Origin: a virus
Lineage: Duplodnaviria; Caudoviricetes
Virus record (IMG/VR): IMGVR_UViG_3300031463_000010
Coordinates: 1-53,321 of that record
Reading direction: 5' to 3' (one strand)
DNA: 53,321 bases
The position numbers and the translations under genes were made by a program. The notes beneath the pieces were generated by a model, which was given only the letters and a program-made list of their open reading frames with translations, was not told where the DNA came from and searched no databases. This document shows, in pieces, positions 34,595 through 46,032 of the stretch (positions within the stretch are counted from its first letter, which is position 1; each line of letters opens with the position of its first letter).

Positions 34595-37500
34595 AGGTAA
34601 AACACCCTCTCCATCATCACCTACTCCTCCTCCACCACCTCCGCCTGTCCAACCTGGTGCTGGGGCGATTAGTGGTGGTGGTACGCCGATGCGCACGATT
34701 ATACGCGGGCTTCCTGAAAGATCACCATGGCTAGATTACCGTTGGGGAAGTAACGTCGCACCGGGTCATTGGAGGCCACATCCACGCTACATTGGTAATG
34801 AGTACCAGATGAAGCGCTGGATGGCAAACCGCTATGACATTTATCCAGAGGGGAAGCCACAGACATACATAGAACTCCCTGCTGGTGAGACGTTGGAGAA
34901 GGATGTCACAACGCGTGCTCCAACCGGCAGTGAGGTAACCTCTGCCGCGCTTGTCCAGTCTGGCGCTTCATCTCCTACGGTGCAGTCGGAGTCTGTGCTT
35001 GCCAAGCCATTGGAAGAAACGCCGGGAAGCGGTGTTGAGGCGTTTGGGTGGGCCTCAGCGGTGAAGGACGTCGTCCCCACGTTCTCAGGTGTTGTCGGGA
35101 AGGCAGTGTGGGAACTCTTATTCAACGGTGGTATATCCAAGGCATTCCATTATCTTACGACACCTACACCATTGGAAAAGGAGCCGGAGGTACCCAAGCC
35201 TAAGGAAGAAGAAACCCGTGAGCCTGAGAATCCAGTCGCCGAGCATGGATGGAGTACGGACTCTTCGCCGCTCAACTACCTCAAGGAATGGGCGGTCGAC
35301 GCATGGAATGACATAAAGCGTCGTGTGACTGAGGGGATTTCCAATGTCACAGCTACGACGCCACAGACCACACCTCCCCCACAAGTACGGCTTGGCGCAG
35401 CCGCGCCTGAAGAACGTATTAAGAGCAGTGAGGAATTTCAAAAACAGTGGATGAATCAGAGTTCGTCCGGACTGAATCTGGACTGGGTCATTCCAACGGT
35501 CACGGACGCGGTGATGAAAGTGTTCGATGCCTCCGTGCGCATAGCGGAGACGGGGTTCGGCTCGATCCTCTACGGGAACAAATCTACAGAGTGGGGGGTG
35601 GACACGCCAGAGAAGCGCCGTGCGTTCAGTGCAGCACTGGGATCAACGTACAGCGGCGAAATTCGCATGCGTGCTCTCTACAACGCCATCCTGCGTGAGG
35701 GGCCGAACGTCTCATCGGCGCGCATTGAAGAGCTGCGTGCACTCTATGAGGACCCGCTCAAGGAATCCATTGGAAGGATGGTTTTCGATCCGATCAACGT
35801 CTTGCAGTTTGGCATTGATGCCATTCGACACTCCTCTGCCATTGCACGGCACCTTGAGCTCATGAGCCCATTGCTTACTGAGGGTGTGAAGATACCGAAG
35901 GGGCTTGATGAGGCCGCCCGTTCCGAGTTCATCCTCAAGAACCTTGCGCCGACGAGCGAGGTAGAGCAGTGGTTGCATGACCTTGCAACTGTGAAAGGAC
36001 AGATGCGCGCTGCGTCCGGGCCTGTGGATAAGTTCATGGCGCTCATCGCTCCACGCGTCAAGGACACACAGGTGTACAAGACGGTCTCTGACGTCTCGCA
36101 GATGGCAGAGTTTATTTCTGGTGTGATCTCCGAACGTGTCAAGGCGCGCATGTTGGTAGACCCTGACATCGTGGCGCGTGGAATCAAAGAGGGCACTGAA
36201 GAGTTTGCCAAGGAGTATGTGTCACGCTTCCAGGCGGTGATGTCGTTGGTGGCTGAGAACATGGTCAAGCTGGCGTCCGACGACACTGAGGAGGTCCGTG
36301 CCGCTGCGGTTGTGCTTGAGCAGCTTGGATTAGGGCATGTTCCTACCTCGCGATCCGGACGCACGCTTGGGCTGATACTGCGTCGCATGGTCACAGATGA
36401 TGAAGGCAATATCGGTGATATCAGCAAGGCGTTGCGGCTTAACAAGGTCATGTCCCCGGATGATGTGGCAAGCCTATGGACAAGAAAAATGCACCGTGTG
36501 TTGGAGGAACTGATTCCAACATCATCATGGGAGAAGTCGTTATCCCCGGTGCGTAAGGTCCTACGCAAGCGTGCAGCGTTGGACAGGATATTCGCCCGCC
36601 TGTTCATGGGAATGAATGCTGGCTACGCCGTGAACAACATGGCGAGCAATCTTATGTCTATCGCAATGGTAGGGTACAGCCCGTTCGCATCGCTGCGTGC
36701 TGAGGAAATCGCACAACGCGTTGGTGCACGCATATTTGCAGCCTCACGTGGGATTGGTGCTGCGGAGGAGCTGGCGAAGCCAGGTATAACCACCATCGGA
36801 CTTGTGTTAGGACAGCGCGGTGAGCAGTTAGCGTCCGAGATCGTTGTTGGGCAGGCCTTTGAGCGCGCTGTCAATCAGTTGTCCAAGGATGCCACAGCGG
36901 TCATATTTGCACAGATGCCGGATGATCTGGCGTCGGTGTTCAAGAGCGACCCGCAGGCGATGAAGTGGTTGCAAGGGCGCGTTGCGCGTGTGCTACGGAT
37001 GGGGAGTGAGTGGCCACAGCACTTGCAGAAGGAGATCATGGACTATCTATCCAAGATGGGTGCGTCGGTCACTCCCTCAAGCATATCAGTCTCGTGGGCG
37101 CCGTGGAAGCAGCTTCCGCCAGAGATTGAGCAGGCGATGCACGACCTGGGAATGACCGACCTGGCACGGGCGCTTGAGTTGTCGGCGCTGACCAGTTCGT
37201 CTCCAGACGAGTATATCGACCAGCTCAACGCGTTGAACGCACATCTGCGGGATCATTTGAAACGCATCGCTGATATGCAACCGCCATCTCCTGGCCCTGT
37301 TCCAGGATCAATCTCTGCGGAGGCGGTAGATATTGCAGCGTCTGCAGCGGATCACGCCACAAGTGAATTGGCCAACCTTAATGAGCCCACGATCGCGAAG
37401 GCAATTGAGGAATTGGCTGTCTACGTCAGTGATCAAGACAACAAGCTGCGTGAGTTGTATGCGCGTGCACAGATGAAGGCGTTGACAGCGGCTCCCAAGG

Positions 37501-40500
37501 ATCAATTGCGTGCTAACCACATCATCGAGGAGCTGGCCAACGACCAGCGCGATGTAATCAATCAAGCGACAGCGGCACAGCGTGAGCTGTTGGTGAGGTA
37601 TCTGGCCAGCCCGGTTCCGGACAGTCCTGAGGAGGCCGCAGCGAAACTGCATGATTTCATGCAGGACATTAAGAAAATCTACGACGACGTTGTTGACCAT
37701 ATGGAGAAGGCATATGCCAGCCGCCTGTTCAACGAGATCGCGGATATAACTGGATTTGACCTTCCATATGACATGTTGGTGGCTGCCAGTGATGAGTACA
37801 TCGTCGATTATTCCATCATGGAGCACGCCTACCAAATGAACTTGATCACTGGCGCTGTGCCCAAGTACAGGAAACCGCTCCCAGAGGATGTGCTTGCCCA
37901 ATTCCATAAGTTTGTGGTTGATGCGGTGGGTAAGCCGTATGGTCAGTTAAGTTTGGATGAGAAGGTAAAACTCCTCAATATTATGCACCGCACGATAACG
38001 CCGAATGCGCCTTCATTCATGAATGCGAAGGATGTGCGGCGTTCTTTGAGGTTGCTTGGTCGTGACTTCAAACGGCTTGTCAGGAGCGTCCCACACGACC
38101 TGCGCATCAATGTGGAGATGCCACAATTCAACTCGGCGTTGGGTAAGTGGGAGGCAGTGGGTGTTCCTGCCGTCACCACCGCACCTCCTAGGCATATTCC
38201 ACCAGGACAGATTTCGACCGCCTCGTCCGCACTTTCTGAGTTGAACATGGGCAAGGGCGAGTTGTTGGGTGTGTGGTCGGTGCGCCCCACCGGAAAAGCT
38301 TCGAAGTTTTCATCCTTCAAGTTGGAGAACAGCTATCCGGCGCAGGTGGCAGACAAGCTACGCGATAGTTACACGCAGAAGACCAGGGTGTGGAGCTTCG
38401 CGGTATACAAGGTTGATGATGATCGCTACGTGATTATCAGTCCGATGCCGGGTCTTGATGGGACGCATTCACAGGCGGTCTTGAGTATGATCAGCGAACT
38501 AGACCTGCCTGCGAACGCAGAGGTAACATGGTATGCCTGCACTCCAGCCATTGAGGACACATACGTGATTCGGACTGGGAGTGTACATGATTTGCTCCAT
38601 GGGAAGATGCAAGAGTTCAAGAGCGCTCCGGCGATAGGGAAGGCTCCTAAGGAGAAGGTCATTCATCTGACGGAAGAGGGTCCTCCTCCACTTCAACAAC
38701 CGATCGAGTTTCCTGATGTTATAGTCATAAGAGCATGGAAAGATGACAAACCGCCGCCTGCTCTCATACACGCATTCGAGAATGGGCATGTCATCCCATT
38801 CGCGTCGACCGACGTCGAAGGATACCACTTCTTTGGGATAGGTGATGCCGCAGGTGACTTCAGCAAAATCGTTGATGCAATGCGCAATAAGCTTGGCACT
38901 AGACCAGGTAAAGTCGTGTGGGGGGTAATCCACAAGAACGGTGTTGTTCTTCTGGGCAGTGAATGGTATCTCTCCGATAAAGTTTTGGTTCCACCGGTCA
39001 GGCACTACCTGAAAGAATATTTTGGTGACCTTCCAATACTAAATCTACCTGGTATGCGTTTGTCATCTGATTTCTCCGAGGGTGCTAAAGTAGCGGATTT
39101 GGTGGCCGCGGAGATTCCTAACTGGACAGGGTTCACCTACGCGCAACGCGACACCCCAATGGATATGGAGCGTGCGGCACGTATCGTGAAAAGTGCGCTC
39201 GCCGGGCAGTTTGACGATCCCAACGTGAAGATGTTGATCATAAACGGCAAGACCGGGGACGCGTATGTCTCCGGTGTGTTGGACGTTCCGCTCATGGACA
39301 TGCAGGATATCTACATCGCCTGGAGCACACCGGACGGAATATTGATCACATCCTCATGGGATAAACGCCGAGAAGCCATACAGGCACTCCTAAAGACCGG
39401 CGTTGGGGAGGACGTTCCGTTCGTATGGTTTGGCCCGCAGGGGAATGGAACGATAAGCCTGTACTACAACACCATTATAAATGTTGGAATTTCCCGCCCG
39501 AGCACGGTGTACCGCGGCTTGCCTCGTGACGTCACGATTGACTTCTCCGGTGTTGTGTTAACCCCGTATGGGAAGTTCGACTCTTATTTCCACTCCGTGG
39601 TGACCGGCGTGCGTGACATAGACGCACTCCGTGAACTCTTCAAGGCGGATTTGGGTATGCCTGTTGAGATGTTCTACTCCTACAACGCCGGGAGCAAGAC
39701 GTTGCGGGTCATGTCCGGTGAGAGGCGCACCGTCAGCGCTGACACACTCGCAGGTTGGATCGAGAGTCTGAGGGAGGTCCCGTTCCCGGAAGACACAGTT
39801 GTGGAAATACCCGAATACGGTGTGCGTATTGGCCTCAAGGAATTGTTGGATAGAAAGCTCGCTGACGATCCAAGCGCGCCGTTGTGGTTGGGCATGGTGG
39901 ATCGCATGAACGTCCCTGAGTTGGGGACTCAAGCGTACTTCTATCGCACGTCCGACAGGGCGGTCACTGTTACATTGCTTGGTGGTGATGTTGAACTGGA
40001 GGATGCGTACGACATCATCGGGGCCAACCCAGACCTGATCCCGAACGCCAGTAAGTGGCGTGTGTTGGTTGGGGAACGTGACGGTGGCTTTCGTACCATT
40101 GCGGATGACATCAAGTTCCCACCGATGACCCATGCTGACCTAAGCGTTGAGTCCATCAGCGAGTCTGCCCCATATCACTCACGGGCCAGGGGATCATGGG
40201 GATGGGGTGTGTTTGAGATGGATAAAGGAATCCTTACAATGCGCAGTGACGTCTACCTCGCTGATCTAAACAATGACTTCGCGGTGCGTCATTTGAGGCC
40301 TGTACCTGATTCGTCAGAGAGGGTCTTGCGCATCCCGATCGTGCCTGGGTTGGTCGGTCCGGAGATATACATTCCGGAGAACTTCCCGATCGTTGAGGAG
40401 AAATTTTACTACGATACAGTTGACAAGTTGAGGATCACACGCGTCAAGGACGTGCCACGCTACTTCAACGTCGTCGAGATGCGTGACATAATGGACGATC

Positions 40501-43500
40501 TCCTCGGACGCACTGCGAACAGCTACGTCATGATCGATTCTGACATGATGCTGGGTCAGGCGGCGAAGCGCAGCCAGCATATGTTCCGACTGGACCGCTA
40601 TGGTGCGTTCATGTTTGAAGATCACATCGTATACCCTGGCATGGTGTCGGCCCACGTGGACAACGTCGCAACACGCATCACTTTGGTTGGGAACGCTGCC
40701 GACATTCGGCGTGTGCTTGAACGCATTCCTGATGATATTCCATATCGTTTCCGCGTCGTCGACTATGCCATGGCAATCACCTACGATAGATCGATTGATG
40801 ACATGTGGGACATGTCACGCGAGGATGCACTGCGGTACCTTGACGATATCATCAAAGGCCCACCGAAGAAGGTGTTGTTCGATTCTCGCGTTGTGGAGCC
40901 AAGGCTGATCGCAGACGAGAACAACAATCCTATCGCATTCTCATACGATGATGTGCTTGAGATTGTAGGGGAGCGTCAATACAGCGGTGGCACGATGACG
41001 AGCGACGATGTCGTGTCACTGGTGGTCGATAATGGGAAGGCATGGTTTTACGTTGGAAATGTTCCGTATAGTGATTATGTACGTGACTTAACCAGTGCCG
41101 AACGCATCTTACATCCTCGTGCCGTTTTGATGGGAAGGTATTCGACGCTCACGAAGCGGATGAAATGGGTGACGGTGCGGGATCATCCGCTGGATAGAAA
41201 CGTTATAGAGGCGATCGCGTTGGCGGCGAATGAGAATCCGGCCATACTGGATGATTATATCGTCACTCTCGATGGGAACTGTGTTGAGGTCAATGAGCTG
41301 CTCCTGCGCAGCATGCACGTGGACAAGGAACCGCTCAGCCCTGGAATGGCTCGTGGTATCAAAGAGATGAAGGAGGACATAGCAGAGCTGCGGCGCGTCA
41401 TGAACACCGCGCTCGTTGGGCCGGAGCCGCAGCAGATAGAAGGGTTCTTTAGTTCACTTAGATGGATACCGCAGTATGTCCGCTCCAAAGACAACCGAAT
41501 GATGCGGTGGGCGGCGGTTCTCATGGACGAGAACACCTTTCATCCGAATAAGCGCCTGCTTGTGGTGTTTAGTGAGAAGCCAATCGAGGCCGAAGACCTG
41601 GTGATGCATGGGAGAATTCATGGCACTCCACGCGCAGTCATAACCGTGGAACGCGGACCAATCAGCGATGGAGTGAATGTTATGTTCGTTGACAAGCAGC
41701 CGCTTCCTATTGATCTGCTGAACATTGGATTGGGAGGGAATAAAGAGGTATCCATCAAAATGGCTCCGGTGGGTGCACCTGGGGCGTCAACTTATGGGAG
41801 CACTCCGCTCGGCATGTCATTTACGATGCGCGTCCCGTCGACGCTTACCGATGAAGAATGGAAATGGTTCACCGGTAACTTGGAACACATACCGGTATAC
41901 TCACGCATCGCAATACTTCCAAAGGAGGAGGAAAAGCACGTCATCGGTGTGTTTCCAATGTACTGGAGGTGGCAGGATCGCGGGATTGAAGTACCCGCCT
42001 CTTACACAATGCCGTGGTGGGAGATATCCTACGCGATGAATACTGATGTGGACAACCTGATCATGTTGGAGATGGTCGGGCAGAACCACATGCGTTTGAT
42101 GCCTTCCAAGGTACCGGTCGAGCGTGCGATCGAGGTGCTTAAGGATATCGGTTTCCCGCGCTTCGGCGTCATCCTTGAGGTTCCGGACGTCGGTGTGCTG
42201 TATCCTGAGCAGGGGACGATATCTGACTTCGAGAAGGCCATAGCACAGATTGAGAATAACTTATTGAATCTTGATCTCAACAATCCGCAGACATGGTATC
42301 TCGCCCGCAATGTTGAGCTGGAAGGTTGGAAGAAGAAGACCATTGCAATGCTCAACATGGAGGAGGCGGTCGCCGCGCGCAAGGAAGTCGAGAGGATTGT
42401 AGAGGACTCCATTGCCAGTGAGCGCCTGAGTAAGGAATATGTGATGGGCATGCTGGACTCCATGGCAAGGGCATGGGGTGACACATATCAGCAGCCAAGC
42501 ATTTATTGGTATCAGTTGTTCAAGCTCAGGGTCAAGGAGTTGTACACCGGCGCCGCCGGGACGTTTGTTGCTGACTTCAAGAGCGTTGCGGAGAACATGC
42601 CGTTCCTGCGTGGGTTAGTGACGCTTGATTCGCGATACGGCACGAACCCGGATACCCTTATCCATGAGCTGATGCATTTCGCGGAGCAATGGCTACCGTT
42701 TGACGATCGGCTTGTCCTGTCTGAATACTTCGGAATCTCACCGTATGCGTGGGATCGTGACGCTGTAGAGGCGTTTGCGGAGCTAGGAGTATCTTACCTG
42801 ACAAAACATAAAGACCTACCAGAGAACCTCCTCGGTGTGTTCGAGCGTGTGTTCGATTTCATCCGCAACATGATAAGACACGCGATGCGTTGGCTGACGA
42901 AGCAACCAGCACACACCATTCCGCCAGAGGTCATGGCAGTGTACGACCGCGTGCTCGGTGTGTTGGAGGCATATCCGCGTGCACAGGAACACATGCGTGC
43001 TAAAGCTGAGGTGCTGCGCAGGGTCATTGAGGACGCCAAGGCACTATACAGCAAGGATGCATCATTACTACAGCGGCTGTACACGATGGATAGCATCTAT
43101 GATGATCTGGCACGGTATGACAGTCTTGAACCAGGTGGCGAGCGTGCAGTGGATGAGCTGCTCAGCCGCTTTGCTGTGCGCTCTGAGGCTGCCCCTGAGG
43201 ATAGTGTTACAGAGATGGCGCGTGAGGCAGCGGAGGAGATGCCACGTCCAGGAGACACATCACCAATACCTCAGACGCCATTTGCGTACTTCAAGGATGA
43301 GTCCGGAAGGATTCACTATGTGTTAACGCCAGATCGTCCAGAATGGTTGGGCAATGAAATTACGAAGGAAGATTACATAAGTTACCTGAACGACATTGAG
43401 GCACGCGTTGCACACAACCCCTATGCCAAGGCATTGGTGGACTCGATGCGCGACGCGATCAATAATCCGAAGCCGCTTCCCGGACCTGGCGCGTTGGATC

Positions 43501-45371
43501 AAGTAACATTCAACACGGAGAAGGCACTTGATTTCATTGACGCAGCTATACGACATGCGCAGTCGGTTAGCGCTCCACAGACGGATGAAGTAATACGCCG
43601 TGCCATTGGCCCGCTGGATGATTCGCTGGCACAGTGGATTAGAAAGATTGAAAGCTATCAATCGGATATATACGCTGCGGCTACATGGTACGCTACATTC
43701 GTGCGCAACGAGGCGCTACTGGATTATCCTGATCGTCGCACTATCGATTTCATCATACAGCTGATCTTCCCATGGGGCTACTGGTACACGCGTATGATCC
43801 CGAAGTGGGCATCGTCGATTGCCACGTCGCCAGCGCTGTGGGCGTTTTACTTTAAATTGAAGCAGGCGATCCGCAACTCCAACGCAGGAAATATCGACCT
43901 TCCAGATTGGGCTCGTGGTTCGTTGGTGTTGCATCCTCCTGGATTCGATGGACACATCTACTGGAACATCGAACGGACATTCTTCCCGGTCAGCACGTTG
44001 TTTGACGTCTTCGATGACGAAGACAGGATGCGTGATGTGCTTGGAAGGACGTTGACACAGCTCGGATCGTTTGGACCGGGGCCACACCCGCTGTTGTGGT
44101 GGGCATATGCTGCGGAGCGCGCACTTCTGAAGGAGGATCGTGACGCGCTCAGGACGATTGGGTACCTGGCGCCAGTGACGCGTGCGTTCGCGTCGTTGAC
44201 AGGTACAGTCCTTGAGCCGTGGCTATGGACACGTGATCCATACACTGGTGAGCTGCGTGCCGGTGTGGGCGGCACAAAATGGGATTTGGCACGCGCCACA
44301 CGTTACCTGTCTGAACTCCAGCGTCGTGGGATCATATCACCAGATGCTGCAGTGTATGCTGCAACGACGCACAGTGGGCCGTCGTTCGAGCGCGCGTTGT
44401 GGGAGGTGTTGAAGATACAGCGCATTCCAGCGCTGTTCGCTGTGCTCACCGGGTTGCGTGTCACACCGCGTGGCACTTGGGAGGACGAACTGGCACGGCA
44501 CACACAACGTTATGTAGAGTTGTCGAAGAAGGTTGGCAGCTCCGAGGCGGCGCGCCGTGTGTTAGATGATGCTCCGTGGGTCGGTGTGGCATGGATGGCA
44601 TACGACAACGACCTTACCAGGCTCAGCTCGCTGACATGGAATGTGCTGCGGCGCGTACCGCCTGGAGATGTTGGAAGGAAAATGTTCGACACCGCTGGCC
44701 TGACCGACGTGATGCGGCGTAAGTTCTATGAGGACAAGGGTGATTTGTCAAGGTGGCATCCACGCGACGTGGAGGCGTTGCGGAATGCTGTCATAGACCT
44801 TGCGCTGAAGCTGAAGTCACCGGAGCGTGAAAAGGCGCTAGAGTTTGAGGAAGCACGCAAGCGTCGATCAGCCTTGTACCAAGAGGCGGAGAGGCTCTTC
44901 CCTGGCATGCAGGATAAACAAGCCGAATACTTCCGGATCGCTGCGCGGGATGGTGAGGAGTCTGCTAATGCATATGCAGCGCAGGTTGGGCTATTCAAGT
45001 ATTGGGACTGGTCGCGCAATAAGATTGCAAACGATCCAATACTGCTGCGCTACTACGCCGATCCGGAGGATGTTGAACACGTGGCACAATCTATTGTGGA
45101 GACCGCAGCTGAGTCCTATTGGCCTGGAATCCATGCGTTGAATGAAGCTTATTGGAACTTGTATAATCGGGACAGGACACAGGCGAAGAGCCTGCTGAAC
45201 CGAAATCCTCAGTTATTGCGATACTGGAAGTGGCGTAAGGAGGCATTGAAATCAGCAAAATCACGGCTGAAGGACTTGCGCGAAGAAGTAGGAAGTGGTA
45301 AAATAGACATAAGTATGTATCCCATTGAGGAAACGATAACACAGAAGGCATTGGGAGAAGTTATTCAGTAA
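34569..45371 (+). CDS. Giant (3600 aa) internal/ejected virion protein, large polyvalent protein-like, with a zincin motif
   Basis: Single uninterrupted ORF; TLIHELMHF...EAFAE motif at about 42660-42780; helical N- and C-terminal thirds. Confidence 0.7.
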   Translation: MKFTGTGGEGKTPSPSSPTPPPPPPPVQPGAGAISGGGTPMRTIIRGLPERSPWLDYRWGSNVAPGHWRPHPRYIGNEYQMKRWMANRYDIYPEGKPQTYIELPAGETLEKDVTTRAPTGSEVTSAALVQSGASSPTVQSESVLAKPLEETPGSGVEAFGWASAVKDVVPTFSGVVGKAVWELLFNGGISKAFHYLTTPTPLEKEPEVPKPKEEETREPENPVAEHGWSTDSSPLNYLKEWAVDAWNDIKRRVTEGISNVTATTPQTTPPPQVRLGAAAPEERIKSSEEFQKQWMNQSSSGLNLDWVIPTVTDAVMKVFDASVRIAETGFGSILYGNKSTEWGVDTPEKRRAFSAALGSTYSGEIRMRALYNAILREGPNVSSARIEELRALYEDPLKESIGRMVFDPINVLQFGIDAIRHSSAIARHLELMSPLLTEGVKIPKGLDEAARSEFILKNLAPTSEVEQWLHDLATVKGQMRAASGPVDKFMALIAPRVKDTQVYKTVSDVSQMAEFISGVISERVKARMLVDPDIVARGIKEGTEEFAKEYVSRFQAVMSLVAENMVKLASDDTEEVRAAAVVLEQLGLGHVPTSRSGRTLGLILRRMVTDDEGNIGDISKALRLNKVMSPDDVASLWTRKMHRVLEELIPTSSWEKSLSPVRKVLRKRAALDRIFARLFMGMNAGYAVNNMASNLMSIAMVGYSPFASLRAEEIAQRVGARIFAASRGIGAAEELAKPGITTIGLVLGQRGEQLASEIVVGQAFERAVNQLSKDATAVIFAQMPDDLASVFKSDPQAMKWLQGRVARVLRMGSEWPQHLQKEIMDYLSKMGASVTPSSISVSWAPWKQLPPEIEQAMHDLGMTDLARALELSALTSSSPDEYIDQLNALNAHLRDHLKRIADMQPPSPGPVPGSISAEAVDIAASAADHATSELANLNEPTIAKAIEELAVYVSDQDNKLRELYARAQMKALTAAPKDQLRANHIIEELANDQRDVINQATAAQRELLVRYLASPVPDSPEEAAAKLHDFMQDIKKIYDDVVDHMEKAYASRLFNEIADITGFDLPYDMLVAASDEYIVDYSIMEHAYQMNLITGAVPKYRKPLPEDVLAQFHKFVVDAVGKPYGQLSLDEKVKLLNIMHRTITPNAPSFMNAKDVRRSLRLLGRDFKRLVRSVPHDLRINVEMPQFNSALGKWEAVGVPAVTTAPPRHIPPGQISTASSALSELNMGKGELLGVWSVRPTGKASKFSSFKLENSYPAQVADKLRDSYTQKTRVWSFAVYKVDDDRYVIISPMPGLDGTHSQAVLSMISELDLPANAEVTWYACTPAIEDTYVIRTGSVHDLLHGKMQEFKSAPAIGKAPKEKVIHLTEEGPPPLQQPIEFPDVIVIRAWKDDKPPPALIHAFENGHVIPFASTDVEGYHFFGIGDAAGDFSKIVDAMRNKLGTRPGKVVWGVIHKNGVVLLGSEWYLSDKVLVPPVRHYLKEYFGDLPILNLPGMRLSSDFSEGAKVADLVAAEIPNWTGFTYAQRDTPMDMERAARIVKSALAGQFDDPNVKMLIINGKTGDAYVSGVLDVPLMDMQDIYIAWSTPDGILITSSWDKRREAIQALLKTGVGEDVPFVWFGPQGNGTISLYYNTIINVGISRPSTVYRGLPRDVTIDFSGVVLTPYGKFDSYFHSVVTGVRDIDALRELFKADLGMPVEMFYSYNAGSKTLRVMSGERRTVSADTLAGWIESLREVPFPEDTVVEIPEYGVRIGLKELLDRKLADDPSAPLWLGMVDRMNVPELGTQAYFYRTSDRAVTVTLLGGDVELEDAYDIIGANPDLIPNASKWRVLVGERDGGFRTIADDIKFPPMTHADLSVESISESAPYHSRARGSWGWGVFEMDKGILTMRSDVYLADLNNDFAVRHLRPVPDSSERVLRIPIVPGLVGPEIYIPENFPIVEEKFYYDTVDKLRITRVKDVPRYFNVVEMRDIMDDLLGRTANSYVMIDSDMMLGQAAKRSQHMFRLDRYGAFMFEDHIVYPGMVSAHVDNVATRITLVGNAADIRRVLERIPDDIPYRFRVVDYAMAITYDRSIDDMWDMSREDALRYLDDIIKGPPKKVLFDSRVVEPRLIADENNNPIAFSYDDVLEIVGERQYSGGTMTSDDVVSLVVDNGKAWFYVGNVPYSDYVRDLTSAERILHPRAVLMGRYSTLTKRMKWVTVRDHPLDRNVIEAIALAANENPAILDDYIVTLDGNCVEVNELLLRSMHVDKEPLSPGMARGIKEMKEDIAELRRVMNTALVGPEPQQIEGFFSSLRWIPQYVRSKDNRMMRWAAVLMDENTFHPNKRLLVVFSEKPIEAEDLVMHGRIHGTPRAVITVERGPISDGVNVMFVDKQPLPIDLLNIGLGGNKEVSIKMAPVGAPGASTYGSTPLGMSFTMRVPSTLTDEEWKWFTGNLEHIPVYSRIAILPKEEEKHVIGVFPMYWRWQDRGIEVPASYTMPWWEISYAMNTDVDNLIMLEMVGQNHMRLMPSKVPVERAIEVLKDIGFPRFGVILEVPDVGVLYPEQGTISDFEKAIAQIENNLLNLDLNNPQTWYLARNVELEGWKKKTIAMLNMEEAVAARKEVERIVEDSIASERLSKEYVMGMLDSMARAWGDTYQQPSIYWYQLFKLRVKELYTGAAGTFVADFKSVAENMPFLRGLVTLDSRYGTNPDTLIHELMHFAEQWLPFDDRLVLSEYFGISPYAWDRDAVEAFAELGVSYLTKHKDLPENLLGVFERVFDFIRNMIRHAMRWLTKQPAHTIPPEVMAVYDRVLGVLEAYPRAQEHMRAKAEVLRRVIEDAKALYSKDASLLQRLYTMDSIYDDLARYDSLEPGGERAVDELLSRFAVRSEAAPEDSVTEMAREAAEEMPRPGDTSPIPQTPFAYFKDESGRIHYVLTPDRPEWLGNEITKEDYISYLNDIEARVAHNPYAKALVDSMRDAINNPKPLPGPGALDQVTFNTEKALDFIDAAIRHAQSVSAPQTDEVIRRAIGPLDDSLAQWIRKIESYQSDIYAAATWYATFVRNEALLDYPDRRTIDFIIQLIFPWGYWYTRMIPKWASSIATSPALWAFYFKLKQAIRNSNAGNIDLPDWARGSLVLHPPGFDGHIYWNIERTFFPVSTLFDVFDDEDRMRDVLGRTLTQLGSFGPGPHPLLWWAYAAERALLKEDRDALRTIGYLAPVTRAFASLTGTVLEPWLWTRDPYTGELRAGVGGTKWDLARATRYLSELQRRGIISPDAAVYAATTHSGPSFERALWEVLKIQRIPALFAVLTGLRVTPRGTWEDELARHTQRYVELSKKVGSSEAARRVLDDAPWVGVAWMAYDNDLTRLSSLTWNVLRRVPPGDVGRKMFDTAGLTDVMRRKFYEDKGDLSRWHPRDVEALRNAVIDLALKLKSPEREKALEFEEARKRRSALYQEAERLFPGMQDKQAEYFRIAARDGEESANAYAAQVGLFKYWDWSRNKIANDPILLRYYADPEDVEHVAQSIVETAAESYWPGIHALNEAYWNLYNRDRTQAKSLLNRNPQLLRYWKWRKEALKSAKSRLKDLREEVGSGKIDISMYPIEETITQKALGEVIQ

Positions 45372-45381
45372 ACGGAGGATA

Positions 45382-46017
45382 ATGGATATGGAGTTCGCCG
45401 ACGCACAAGAGGTAACCACGCCTGATGCGGTAGAGGAAGCGCCTCCTGCACAGCCTGTGGTGGAATCGAGCGTTGTGGAACCTCAACCTATACAAGAAGT
45501 TGGGGTGGCCCAGACGTCGTCCAAAGAGATGGAATGGTTGCGTACACAACTCGCACAGGCCACCGAGCGCATCCGTGAGCTACAGTCGCGTCTTGAGGAG
45601 TATGAGACCGCAGCGATGGATGATGAGGAGCGCGCACGGTGGGAGCTGGACAAACATCGTCGCGAGTTGGAAGAGCAACAGCAACAGCTGGCAGAGATGC
45701 AGTACGCACAACAGCTGTACGGTTACTACAGCCGGTTTGTGCCTGCCAACGCGATCAAAGGACAGTCTCCTGCGGAATGGCAACATTCGGTGTTGACGCA
45801 CCTGACCAATGAGATTACCAGGTTGCGGCGTGAAAATGAGGCGCTACGCAAGTCTGCAGCGCCTGGTCAAGGGGCGCCGCGTGTTGGTTCAGTTGAGTCA
45901 GGGAAGTCAGCGTCGCGCAAGACCATCTGGCAGATGACTCCTGAGGAACGGCAACGGCTGTTGGAGCGCGCGCGTGCTGGGCTTACCACACCAGAAGATT
46001 ATCCACCATTAGAATAG
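45382..46017 (+). CDS. Capsid scaffolding protein
   Basis: Acidic N-terminus and coiled coil; directly upstream of the MCP; GGAGG RBS. Confidence 0.75.
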   Translation: MDMEFADAQEVTTPDAVEEAPPAQPVVESSVVEPQPIQEVGVAQTSSKEMEWLRTQLAQATERIRELQSRLEEYETAAMDDEERARWELDKHRRELEEQQQQLAEMQYAQQLYGYYSRFVPANAIKGQSPAEWQHSVLTHLTNEITRLRRENEALRKSAAPGQGAPRVGSVESGKSASRKTIWQMTPEERQRLLERARAGLTTPEDYPPLE

Positions 46018-46032
46018 GGAGGTAAATGAAAA

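Noticed and set aside
27588-45351. Many antisense ORFs (e.g. 27588..28388, 35744..36607, 37308..37907)
   Set aside because: Shadow frames of long GC-rich + strand genes, with no motifs or RBS.
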